Of a stretch of 64,000 bases of DNA, positions 49,213 to 60,000 are shown piece after piece; position 1 is the first letter of the stretch, and each line of letters opens with the position of its first letter. The notes below the pieces were generated by a model. It ran no database searches, was not told the DNA's origin, and saw only the letters and a list, made by a program, of their open reading frames with translations. The translations under genes and the position numbers were made by a program. Source of the DNA: Candidatus Cloacimonadales bacterium (GTDB taxonomy: Bacteria; Cloacimonadota; Cloacimonadia; Cloacimonadales; JAFGVF01); assembly GCA_963677495.2 (NCBI GenBank), contig CAXXOU010000001.1, forward strand, positions 640,001 to 704,000. Reading direction: 5' to 3'.

Positions 49213-50163
49213 CTATATTCATATCAAACACCTTTATCATCACCGAATAGAAATCAGCAATATTGCTATAATCATCTGACCGTTCGTATTCTTTCAACAA
49301 TGTGTTTATCGAACTAGCTTTGGGGCACCATTCCTCTCAGCATTAGAGAAATACCAGTCATCAGACTTATCTGTGACTAATCCAACTTTCAGAAGTAATC
49401 TAAAACAGATTGCCCAGATTATGCTTTCATTCACCTGACAATACCATTCAACTTGTGAATCAGTTAAATTAAAAGGCTCTTCGAAAAGTTTATCAGTTAG
49501 TGGATTAATTACCGGATGGAGAAATTCATGCCAGATTATGCTTAGAGCTATCCGATCAAAGTTGTTATTTGCTATAGCAGTCTTCAAACTCTGAGCGCCG
49601 AGAATACAGTGATTCTCTCGTCCTTTTTTTGTCTGAATTGAAGTTCCAAATGATGAAAATGATTGAAGTGAAACAATCACATCAGATTTAGGAAGCTCCA
49701 CATTAATATACTCTTCCAGTATCTCTAGCACCGGTAATTCTGAGCACTTTTCCCTCACCTTTATAACGTATTCAGATGTTCCGAGACTATCAAAGAACTG
49801 TTTAAAATTGCTCTTTTTTACAAAATCCTTTACCAATTCTACATATTTTATCACGTCACAAAAGTCACCTTCATACTGACTCTTCAGATATTCCATAATG
49901 GGTACATTCGGATCAAACTCAAACTCATCAGTAAGGTGAAAAAGAAGCAATGGAACAGTATCCCAACAAATCCCACTCTCCCAAATCTCCGGAAGCTTAA
50001 TCACCGCTTCATGCGTAGCAAATTGTAAGAACTTTTCCCGTAAACTAATCGCATATTCACTATCGCTCCTATCAACTGCATATTTCTCATCCAACTCTGA
50101 AAGAAAAACAATCAGCGAAAACAACTCTATCCTATAGTCGGTATTTATCTCTAAATGTTTCAT
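49193..50163 (-). pseudogene. DUF4932-like protein with a frameshift near its 3' end
   Basis: DYRIELFS, FVKKSNFKQFF, HEFLHPVINP, VNESIIWA. The reading frame stops at 49306, but adding one A to the run at 49319-49321 gives ASSINTLLKEYERSDDYSNIADFYSVMIKVF to a stop at 49193. Confidence 0.65.
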
Positions 50164-50423
50164 GTAGAATCCCTATTCATAATTTGTCTTAATAGCGAGC
50201 ATAGGAAATATCTGTCTACTTTTTTATACACACTTCTAACAAGAAAAGGATATTTCTTCACAGCAATATTCTGCCTAAGTAATCAGTTCTACCCTTGAGC
50301 TTAACATTTTAAGCTTAGCATTTAGCATTGCATCTCTTGCATTGTTTCTCTGCTAGAAGTCTGGTACAGTCTGTTTCAAGTCCTTTACGTCCTGCTTTAC
50401 GTCCTGCATCATTATGATGCCTA

Positions 50424-50581
50424 CTTCTCTTAACTTAATCTTTACAAAACGCTAGAATCTCGCTTGTCCCTCCCTTTAGCCTCCCTAGACCCTCCCTATG
50501 AAACCCTAAAGTTATCCACATCGCGTGCATAACTTATTTAACGGAGCAATTACACTCTTGTAAAGACACTGTTAAGGGAAG
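50424..50581. repeat. Dispersed repeat copy 2: same 98-bp core, inverted, inside a different nested inverted repeat
   Basis: Core 50452-50549 with TTATCCACA at 50512-50520. Flanks tctttacaa/ttgtaaaga and cttctcttaac/gttaagggaag. Confidence 0.9.
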
Positions 50582-50743
50582 AAGCTGACAACTTGAAGAT
50601 TATTAATTAGAAGAAACTCTTTTGTACACCAAAGATAAGACTTGACGTAAACAATCATCGTAGCAATAGATTATTATTGGATTGTTATAGAGATTTCGGG
50701 GATTAACCCTATCTGAAATCAGACTAATTTTAAAGGAAGACAT

Positions 50744-52393
50744 ATGGCAAACAGTACATCTGAACAAGTCGGATTAAAGAAATTCTTCATGTTGGCTAAT
50801 CTGCAAGAGATTGCATCCAGAAAGGCAAAGCTTATCCTTAATGATCACAAGACATTACTGAAAGACAGAACCGGTAAACATGAAAAATTCCTTAAGGAAC
50901 TGGCTAATGATTTAGCGAAAGGTGCTAAGAAGGGCTTTGCCCATAAGTTTATACCTGCTAACTCAACTTTGAAAAGAGCAGCAGTATTGACAGTTACAAT
51001 CACTGATATCTTCGCAGCAATTGAGATTAATGAAGAGCTGGAGATTGAATACAAACAGTTTCTTGATGAATGCATTGATGAATATAACTCTCAAGCATCT
51101 TATTACTTGGATGAACAAGTCTCGCAAGTTACAAATCCTGATTTTGAGTGCATTCTAGACGCAGCAAAGCTTCTTTCTGAAGTTGAATTAACACTGCCCA
51201 AAGAGATTGAAACTGAGTTGGAAGATTACATCTCTATCGCTGAAAAGCTTTTAAAACGTCAAACAAGCTCATATAAAGAGTACTCAACTACAACACTAAA
51301 CAATCTAAAGACTGAGTTCTTAGGATACTCTTCTGAGTCACGTCAAATGGCAATTGATAAAGTCAGAGCGATTATAACTGAGTTGTTTAAAGCCTACTAT
51401 CAGAACCTGACAACTGCACTTGAGAAGGAGATACTTACTGAGAAATCTTTGGATTCCGGTAGTGCAAAGAAACTTGTAAAACTCATGCTTATCTACTCGC
51501 TACTTGAGAAGGATTTCCTCGGTCTATTTGAACAGAAGAAGATTGGAAAGTATACAAAACAAGCTCAAAGTTTAAAAGATAATCTTGATAGTATCAGTTC
51601 TACAGTCGAAGATATTGATAACCGATATCTTGAGACAATACAATCAACTGATAAAAAGAGACTTATTCATGTTGCAAATGATCTTATGAAGGCAATTAAA
51701 CGCCTATTCAGCAACTATGAGTTTCGATACCAGGAATTTAAGAATTATGGGGAACACCTCTTTGATAGACAGAAGAGTTTAAAGAAAATTGTGGAAGATA
51801 CAACAAATGAGATACTTGATTTCTCACTCAAGATTCCGGTTGATTATAAACCGTTACAACCCGAAGTGCAGTTTGAGCATTGGCAGGAACGACTAAAGAA
51901 TATTGATGTGCTTATTTCAGAATTCCAAGGTGTTGGTTCAGCTGTTAGGGCAATATCCAAATCACGCATCAAGCTTATTCTTTCCGGTGAATCTTATGCA
52001 GTTGATCTTTGTAGACGCTATCCTAAGACAACTTCTCCTCTACTTCATCACTTAGAGCAATATCGCATAGTTATAAAAGGAATTGGTGAGCTAGCAGGGA
52101 CAGAACGAGTTGTTAGTGAATTGGAAACACAGGCTCGTGAGCTTTCGAAAGTGTACCTTGATTTCACTAACAATCTTGAGAAAGCTAAAGGTTTTCTAGA
52201 AAGAATGAAGTCTGATAAGTTTGTACTCAATAATCGTAATAAAGCTGATTTGAGAAATACACATAGATTCTTTAACGAATATCATGGAAGTGAAGTGTTG
52301 GTATATCCGGACTTAGAAGAGCTGTGGTTACCTGTTTTTAAAGAGTATGAGAAAGCCCGAACAAGAATATATGACCTGCTAGAGCTAAACTAA
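50744..52393 (+). CDS. Hypothetical all-alpha/coiled-coil protein
   Basis: 549-aa ORF, AAGGA SD, no signal peptide or recognisable motif. Confidence 0.75.
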   Translation: MANSTSEQVGLKKFFMLANLQEIASRKAKLILNDHKTLLKDRTGKHEKFLKELANDLAKGAKKGFAHKFIPANSTLKRAAVLTVTITDIFAAIEINEELEIEYKQFLDECIDEYNSQASYYLDEQVSQVTNPDFECILDAAKLLSEVELTLPKEIETELEDYISIAEKLLKRQTSSYKEYSTTTLNNLKTEFLGYSSESRQMAIDKVRAIITELFKAYYQNLTTALEKEILTEKSLDSGSAKKLVKLMLIYSLLEKDFLGLFEQKKIGKYTKQAQSLKDNLDSISSTVEDIDNRYLETIQSTDKKRLIHVANDLMKAIKRLFSNYEFRYQEFKNYGEHLFDRQKSLKKIVEDTTNEILDFSLKIPVDYKPLQPEVQFEHWQERLKNIDVLISEFQGVGSAVRAISKSRIKLILSGESYAVDLCRRYPKTTSPLLHHLEQYRIVIKGIGELAGTERVVSELETQARELSKVYLDFTNNLEKAKGFLERMKSDKFVLNNRNKADLRNTHRFFNEYHGSEVLVYPDLEELWLPVFKEYEKARTRIYDLLELN

Positions 52394-52405
52394 AAGAAGA
52401 GATCA

Positions 52406-54454
52406 ATGAAACGTCTGTTAAGCCTTATCTTAATTACCATTATTATCAGTCTTTGGGCCGGGGATACAGTTGATGTTGAAAGCAGTAATTATTATGAGAA
52501 GCTGACAAGAGATTTGCCACAAAACAGTGAGTTCTTTAACTCTTTGCAAAGCTATCGTGAACCTGTGACTTTCTTTAAAAACAATGAGTTAGACAAATTA
52601 AGATCTAACCCGTTGTATCTAGCTGATTTAACTAAATCAATACGAAAGAATCTTAATCGAAAAGATGATGCAAAACTGCTTTATCTTCTGGATTTAATGG
52701 GGCAGAATAGTGACAAGTATCCTCGAAACTACTATTTCTTCCAAGACTTGTATAGCGAAGATGTTTTGAAGCCAAAGGATATTTTCTCATACGTATACTA
52801 CCTCTACGAGACAGTATCTCTTTTGTATAAGCATGTGTTCGATAAGCTCTCTGATGAGGATATGTATCTGCTTCTAAACTATGTTGAGCGTGATGTAGAC
52901 GCACCTAATACTATTAATGATGAGCACATTGAAGCACTAATTGAGAAGGTAGATTTTGTAAATCTTTATAAAGCAGGTTTCATCTTGAATACCGGTCTTT
53001 CCGTGATAAGTAAAGAAGCTGATAAACTTGCATACACTAACAATAAGCCACTCATTAACAAATCCCGATATGGCAAGATGATAATCGGTACAATCGGAGA
53101 AGATATCTATTCTGAGGACTATTCTTTTATACTTGATCCGGGTGGTGATGATACCTACAATTTGCCTGAAATAGGTGAGAAACAGTACTTCGGTCTTGTT
53201 GATATAGCAGGTAATGACACATACCTCAGCACAAACAGATTGTTATCAGTGAACTATGGAATTAGCTGCAGCTTCGATTTGAAAGGAAATGATTCTTACA
53301 GAGCTGATAGAATGCTTTCAGCCCAGTTTGGTTATCAATTCCATAGAGATGAGAAGGGTGACGACATCTACACAGCTGAGAGTCGCTCATGTGGCTATGC
53401 AAGCTTTGGACTCTCACTTAATCAGGATACCGGTGGTAATGATGTTTACCTTGTTGATAGTTACTCTTTAGGATCGGCATTTAGTGGTGGAATGGGAATT
53501 CTCATTGATAAGTGGGGAGATGATCTATATCTAAGCAAGCCAATTGATGACAATAAGACATGCTCCCAAGGTTTTGGTTGGGGTTCTTCAAACTGTGACG
53601 GAGGTTTTGGAATACTCTTTGATAAAGAGGGGAATGATGCTTATTTCATAACAGGACTCGGTCAGTCAGCCGGTGCAATGAATGGAGTAGGTATCCTTAT
53701 TGATGAAGTTGGGAACGACAACTTCAATGGTGGTGCACGAGTACAGGGTTATGCAGAACATGGGTCTTTTGCCTCCTTTTATAATGGTGAAGGAGACGAT
53801 AAATACATGCTTTCATCTGAAAAAGTAAGTTCATCTGCCCAACGTTGGTCCTTTGTTTTAAAAAGAGACTTTGCAGGAAACGATTTATACTGCAACCCAT
53901 TTGGTCCACTATTCTCATTCCAGGAGTCAGGATATTACATGTTTGACTTTAATGGAGATGATGACTATAGATGCTCAATGCAGGATAGTACCCTTTATTC
54001 AGTAGGAACCGGACTGTTTCAAGATATCTATGGTTCAGATAATTATGGTGATGAGTTCTTTGCAAATGACAGTACACTAACTTCCGGGTATTATTGTACT
54101 TTCATGGATAACAATTCGATTCCTACCCCTCTTATTGGAGAGTTTAACAAGGTGGAAAGAATCATTTACAATGACGACTTAATGACTGATAGAGAATTGA
54201 TAAAGCTTAGGAAAAAAGTTGAAGCTGTTTATAGATTAAATGCTTTACCTGACTCAACTGATGGGAAGTGGGAATTGGTAAATGATCTTGTAGGCAACCC
54301 AGAAGAGTCTATTCGATATGCATTACTGGATCTGTTTACAAGACATAATTATGGAGAGAATAACGCATCTATTCTTGATAGTCTTTGTATAGATAAATCC
54401 TTTCGTGTATCAGTCAAAGCAAAGCAGATAAAAGGAATGTTAAAGCATAAATAG
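52406..54454 (+). CDS. Secreted DxxG(N/D)DxY-repeat protein with C-terminal HEAT-like segment (paralog 1)
   Basis: Signal peptide; about 12 repeats (DPGGDDTY, DIAGNDTY, DLKGNDSY, DTGGNDVY, DKEGNDAY...). Confidence 0.75.
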   Translation: MKRLLSLILITIIISLWAGDTVDVESSNYYEKLTRDLPQNSEFFNSLQSYREPVTFFKNNELDKLRSNPLYLADLTKSIRKNLNRKDDAKLLYLLDLMGQNSDKYPRNYYFFQDLYSEDVLKPKDIFSYVYYLYETVSLLYKHVFDKLSDEDMYLLLNYVERDVDAPNTINDEHIEALIEKVDFVNLYKAGFILNTGLSVISKEADKLAYTNNKPLINKSRYGKMIIGTIGEDIYSEDYSFILDPGGDDTYNLPEIGEKQYFGLVDIAGNDTYLSTNRLLSVNYGISCSFDLKGNDSYRADRMLSAQFGYQFHRDEKGDDIYTAESRSCGYASFGLSLNQDTGGNDVYLVDSYSLGSAFSGGMGILIDKWGDDLYLSKPIDDNKTCSQGFGWGSSNCDGGFGILFDKEGNDAYFITGLGQSAGAMNGVGILIDEVGNDNFNGGARVQGYAEHGSFASFYNGEGDDKYMLSSEKVSSSAQRWSFVLKRDFAGNDLYCNPFGPLFSFQESGYYMFDFNGDDDYRCSMQDSTLYSVGTGLFQDIYGSDNYGDEFFANDSTLTSGYYCTFMDNNSIPTPLIGEFNKVERIIYNDDLMTDRELIKLRKKVEAVYRLNALPDSTDGKWELVNDLVGNPEESIRYALLDLFTRHNYGENNASILDSLCIDKSFRVSVKAKQIKGMLKHK

Positions 54455-54464
54455 AGGAGTTGAA

Positions 54465-56912
54465 ATGACAAAGGTTCTAGTACTTTGTATCTTATTAGTT
54501 AGCTATATTACTTTGAGCACAATTATGATTAGTGACAGTGAAAAAGAGATTCTGGAAAAGCAACTACAAAAGGCTCAACTACGTAGCACTGATTTAAAGT
54601 TTTTGAAAGATTGGGTGCCATATACAGAATTTAAGCTTGAACCTGTTGTCAATGCTTTGAATGACCCACTTTCTCTGCCTACCTTTGCAGAAGAACTTAA
54701 GCAAGCTTCAGAATATGGTGACACAGCCCTTTGCAACTATCTACAAAGTTTGATTACTGATTATACGATTGAGCTTGAATATGATGTAAACTACCATAGT
54801 ATGCAACTCATAAAGGAGATTAATAAACCGGAACGCCTTTTTAAGTTTGTTACTACTTTCTTTGAGATAGCTAATGAAAAGTATTTAAAGGCTTTTGAGA
54901 GTCTAAATAGTGATGAACTTATTAAGCTAAAACGATATGCTTCCACTAATTTCATGGAATCAGAAGACTCTCTAAAATATCAGGATCTATTCAAAGATAT
55001 GAACTTCTCCTGGGATGATGAAGAGCATGATATAGAAGATGTAGAAGAGCTTCAGCAGCTGATAAAAAAGGTTAACATTACTGAGTTGATGGAAGCTGGT
55101 TATGCGATACACATTTGTGGTGAATTGATCAAAGATAACCTTGATAATATGCACTTCAAAAAAGAAAATGTAGTTAAAGAAACTAGATGGGGTCGTATGG
55201 CATTCGGTTCTTCCAAAACAGATACATACGAAGGTGGATATGCTTTTATCCTAGATCCGGGTGGAGATGACCTTTATACTAATATTCAAAGCACAAACAC
55301 TCCTCTTTCACTTGTAATTGATAAAGCCGGTAATGACTATTTTCAAAGCACTAAGGTTGCAGCTTTATTCAGTGGACTTTTTTCTATATCTATTGGTTAT
55401 GATTTGGAAGGTGATGATACCTACCGTGGAGATGACCTTAGTTTTGCAACATCATTGGGTTACCAATACTTTGAAGATAGCAACGGTGATGACTACTATC
55501 AGGGTGGAGTTTATTCAGTCGCATCAGCCTCATATGGTGTCTCTATAATTAGAGATAGAGGAGGTAATGACCGTTATTCTACAGCTATGTACGGTGAAGG
55601 TTTTGGTGGCACTCTCGGTATTGGTGCGATTTATGATTTATCCGGAAATGATATGTATGTTGCCGGTGGAAAGCATCTGCATAAACCGCTTGCCCCATTT
55701 GATTATCTCTGTATGGCACAAGGTTTTGGATTTGGTGGTAGACCTGACATGGGTGGCGGAATCGGATTACTTCATGATAAATCCGGTAATGATAGCTACC
55801 AGGGTGGTGTTTACTCACAAGCAGGGGGGTATTGGTATGCACTAGGTTTACTCCTAGATGAAGATGGCAATGATTTCTACAACTCAGTTTATTACCCACA
55901 AGGAACAGGTATCCATTTGGCTGCTGGTTACCTTTGGGATGGAGCAGGAGAAGATAGTTACTACTCAAAGCATGGTCCGGGACAAGGTGCCGGACATGAT
56001 TATGGTGTAGGTTTCTTGATCGATAGGGATGGAGATGATCATTACTCTATTGAAGGTGGAAACGGGCTTGGATTAACCAATTCTGTTGGTATTTTCCTTG
56101 ATGCAAAAGGTAATGACCGTTACGAAAGGAAGAATAAAAGCAACTTTGCTCATGCGAATACTGCAAGGGGAACCGGGGGAATTGGTATATTCCTTGATTT
56201 GCAAGGTAAAGATTATTATGCATCTGAGGTGTGCAAAGATGACACGACTTGGGTTAGTGGCTATTGGGGTGTCGGTATTGACACTCTTTCCACATTTGTT
56301 GAAGAAAAGGCAGTTGAAAAGCTGGCTGAGGAAACTGTAGCTGAAGTTGACTCTCTCGCTTCTATCGAGGAGCTTTTCTCTGTTGCTTGTGAATGGGAAG
56401 TAGGTTCAGCAGTTGAGAGAGTGAAGAAAGCAAGAAAGTACCTTCTTGGTAGAGAAGTTGAAGCTTCTAAGTACATCTCCGAAGAAGCAATGGACAGTAA
56501 GTCCGGACTAGTTTATCGGGCTATATATGATTTTGCGAAGAATTCTGAGTTATTCCGCATGACCTTTGATATGGGCTTTGAGCACCCAGACAGTCTGGTC
56601 GTAAAGAAATATATATCACTTACTGCAGATTTAGCAGACAGTACGCATGTAGGCAGACTAAAACAGTTCCTCAAAGATAAGATGTACGTTACTACAGTTC
56701 TAAGTGCTATTGGTAGTTTTAAAAACGATGAATCTTTAGAGATACTTTCTGACTATACTGATTCATCATCAGAAAGGATAAGGTTCACTGTAGCATCAAT
56801 CCTTAAAAGCTTTAAGACTGATAAGGCTGATGAGATTCTTTTTACTATGAAAGAGGATGAATCTTTCCTTGTCAGGAGTTTAATTAGGATATATCAAGGG
56901 AAAAAGAAATAG
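54465..56912 (+). CDS. Secreted DxxG(N/D)DxY-repeat protein with C-terminal HEAT repeats (paralog 2)
   Basis: Signal peptide; 12 repeats (DPGGDDLY, DLEGDDTY, DRGGNDRY, DLSGNDMY, DKSGNDSY, DEDGNDFY...) with GQG/GGIG spacers; tail DSSSERIRF, DESFLVR. Confidence 0.8.
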   Translation: MTKVLVLCILLVSYITLSTIMISDSEKEILEKQLQKAQLRSTDLKFLKDWVPYTEFKLEPVVNALNDPLSLPTFAEELKQASEYGDTALCNYLQSLITDYTIELEYDVNYHSMQLIKEINKPERLFKFVTTFFEIANEKYLKAFESLNSDELIKLKRYASTNFMESEDSLKYQDLFKDMNFSWDDEEHDIEDVEELQQLIKKVNITELMEAGYAIHICGELIKDNLDNMHFKKENVVKETRWGRMAFGSSKTDTYEGGYAFILDPGGDDLYTNIQSTNTPLSLVIDKAGNDYFQSTKVAALFSGLFSISIGYDLEGDDTYRGDDLSFATSLGYQYFEDSNGDDYYQGGVYSVASASYGVSIIRDRGGNDRYSTAMYGEGFGGTLGIGAIYDLSGNDMYVAGGKHLHKPLAPFDYLCMAQGFGFGGRPDMGGGIGLLHDKSGNDSYQGGVYSQAGGYWYALGLLLDEDGNDFYNSVYYPQGTGIHLAAGYLWDGAGEDSYYSKHGPGQGAGHDYGVGFLIDRDGDDHYSIEGGNGLGLTNSVGIFLDAKGNDRYERKNKSNFAHANTARGTGGIGIFLDLQGKDYYASEVCKDDTTWVSGYWGVGIDTLSTFVEEKAVEKLAEETVAEVDSLASIEELFSVACEWEVGSAVERVKKARKYLLGREVEASKYISEEAMDSKSGLVYRAIYDFAKNSELFRMTFDMGFEHPDSLVVKKYISLTADLADSTHVGRLKQFLKDKMYVTTVLSAIGSFKNDESLEILSDYTDSSSERIRFTVASILKSFKTDKADEILFTMKEDESFLVRSLIRIYQGKKK

Positions 56913-56959
56913 AGAAGCTTCTATTGATTGCAATTGGCAATAGTAGATGTAAATAGGTT

Positions 56960-56992
56960 AAAAAAGGATGAGTACGAGAGACTCATCCTTTT
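56960..56992. terminator. Bidirectional intrinsic terminator
   Basis: aaaaggatgagt-acgagag-actcatcctttt between convergent genes. Confidence 0.85.
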
Positions 56993-57010
56993 GTAATATT
57001 GTATGAATGA

Positions 57011-60000
57011 TTATCTGATCGCAGTTACTTTAAAGAACTGCTTATTCGCAAAATTGTTTGGGTTAATATCAAAGAACAGCTCTGTAATCCCATTTCCAAT
57101 AATTTGCCAGTTATCACTGCTAGGGTCATCTGCAGAATAGACTTTATATGATGTTGCGTTACTTACGACATCCCAACCAATTCTCAACTGAGTTGGTGAG
57201 AGTTCTGTAATAGTAATATTAAATGGTGTCTCGATTGTGCCACCGTTAAGTATTGTACATGTTTCATCATACCACGGAGCAAAGTCGACACGACCATTTC
57301 CCTCTTCATCATCATATATCGTAGCATCTACAGTTAGCTCATCAGTGCTACCCCAATAGACATAAGGAGCTGACAATACGGTTTGAGAATTGTTGTAGAA
57401 ATTATAGTTTGTATTGTTATGAACCTTATTCCATTGAGTAGAGTTTGTGCCAAAGTTAATGGTACCTGAATCATAATGAATACCCTTATTCTGGCAGTTA
57501 GTAATCTCGGAATTTACTACTGTAACTGTTCCATCATCTATAATCATACCATTCCAATCACAATCACCTATATAGCAATCAGTAATAGTAACATCAGAGT
57601 TACCATAAGAAGCGAATAGATGATAGTCAGAGTACCTGAATTGGCAACTCGAGAAGTTAACAGTGCTATTCTCTACATAGACAGCTTTCTTGTCGTGGTT
57701 GTATGAATAAGCTTCGTCAAAACCGGCATTTTCTACGATAAGATAATCAATATTGCTATCATATTCTGTATTTTGGAACCTAATTCCATTCCAATAGCTG
57801 TCAGTACCTGTAGTTGTACTACGCATAATCACAGGATTTGCTAACGTACCATTGCAGTTCAAACCACCCTGAATAAACAAACTATATTCATCAGAAAAAT
57901 GAAGCTCTACACCAGCCTCTAGAGTAAGAACATCCCAATCAGTTATGTAGCTAGTCCTGGTCATTTTATATGGTATTCCTGTATTGGACCAGGTAGCATT
58001 ATGATGCAGATGTGTTGATGTTATCTCGTAATACAAATCATTAGAATTTAAGTCGTAAGATACATCCTGAAAACTATCAACTTGATCAATATTGATCTTC
58101 ATCGGAGTGAGAGAACCATTAACAACAGTGATATTCTCAACTAATGCATTAAGATTCTGATCATCTACTCTGATACCATTTGTAACAAAGCCATCAATAG
58201 ATACATTCCTAACGTAAAGACTGTCGGTATCTTGAGTGCCATCTACGAATAGCCCTGTACCGAGAGAGTTATTAATTGCACAATTATCAAGTCTTAGTCT
58301 GGAAGCACCTTCATCAAAAATTGTGTATGTATGATGTCCGTAAGGACTTGTTTCTCCCCCATCATTGAACTCGCAATATTCAAAATCACCATTACCACCA
58401 TTACGTACCTGAATAGTCTGCCAATTCTCTGTACAGAAAGGAGATTTGTTGAAGGTTATGGGTTGAGAAGGAGTTCCTACAGCACTAATATTACCATTAA
58501 TAGTAAAACCACGGGAGTCATCAATATATAGCTCAACACCCGGCTCAATTATAAGAGTTTGATTACCATAAAGATTGATTGTCTCCATAAGTAAATATGG
58601 GATGCCAAAGTTATGGATAGTCTCTGAATCAATGTACCCTGAGTTCTCTAACTTTATATAGTGATGAGTATTGTTAGTAAACTGGAGATTTGCTAAATCA
58701 GTAACATCTTTGACACTGATGATTAGTGGGAAACCATTAGCATTATTAACATTCAAGCCATCAATGCTCATATTTACTCCTGAATCAAAAGCTACAACAC
58801 CATCCGAAGCAACATTATCAATATCGAGATTGTTTATCGTAAGTATATCAGCACTATTCGAGTCAATCACTCCTAACCCATATCCATCGGAATTGGATAT
58901 TGTACAATTATTTATCTCTAAATTTTCACATTCAGATACCGAAATAGTTGGGGTAATGGACCCATTTGAAGAGTTAACTCCACCCCCATAATTGAAATCG
59001 CAATATTCGAAAATAGCATTATAAGAGCTACTACGCAATACTATACTAAACCAGTTATCTTCAGAAGAGTTAGGTCTGTCAAAAGTGATATGATTATCAG
59101 AAGTTCCTTGAGCAAAAATCTGGGAGTTAATACTAAACTGTCTATCATCTCGAAGCAGTATTGTAACACCCGGTTCAATAGTTGTTGATCCATATTCAAA
59201 ATAGTTAGTATCAAACTCATAAGGATAACCGAAGTTTCTGATAACATTGTTAGTTACATAGGCATTTCTATGTAACAGTATCCTTTGCTGTGAATTTGAG
59301 CTGAGACTTATTGAATTAATACCTTTCACAGCATTACCGGTAGCCCTTACAGGATAGGCATTACAGTTACTAATTTGTATGTTCGTAATATCTGTTTGTA
59401 AGTAAGAGCCATCAACTCTGAATCCTTCATTGACGCAATTATCAATTGTTACATTATTTAGTACAAGTATATCTCCATTATCTGATTGGTAGCTATAGAT
59501 ACCTCTACCTTCTGAGTTAGTGATTGTAACATCTGAGATATATAAAGAATCTACATCTGATAGATAAATCATATCTTGAACAGAGCCATTATCAGGATTT
59601 TGAACACCACCATTGTTAAAGCTGCAATTTATTAATGAGCCCCTTGTACTACCTGCGTAGAATAATACTCCATACCAGTTTTCTGTGTTTAAGGGGGTTG
59701 TATCGAAGGTAATGGGATTAGCTTGTGTACCTTCCGCAATAAGAGCTCCTGAGATGCGGAATTGGACATAATCCCTAAACTGCATCTCTGTTCCCGGTTC
59801 TATAGTGATAGTTGCCCATGAATGTGTGTATAATGAATTCAATATCTCATATGGATATCCGTAATTATAAAAAGTCATTGAACCTATATTCCCTGATCCG
59901 GCTATAAGGAAAGAGTTCCTTAAGTTCCCGCTTAAAGTTGGAAGGCTAAGACCTGAGATACTATTAGGGTGAATTTTTATAGCATCATCACAGTTGGTTA

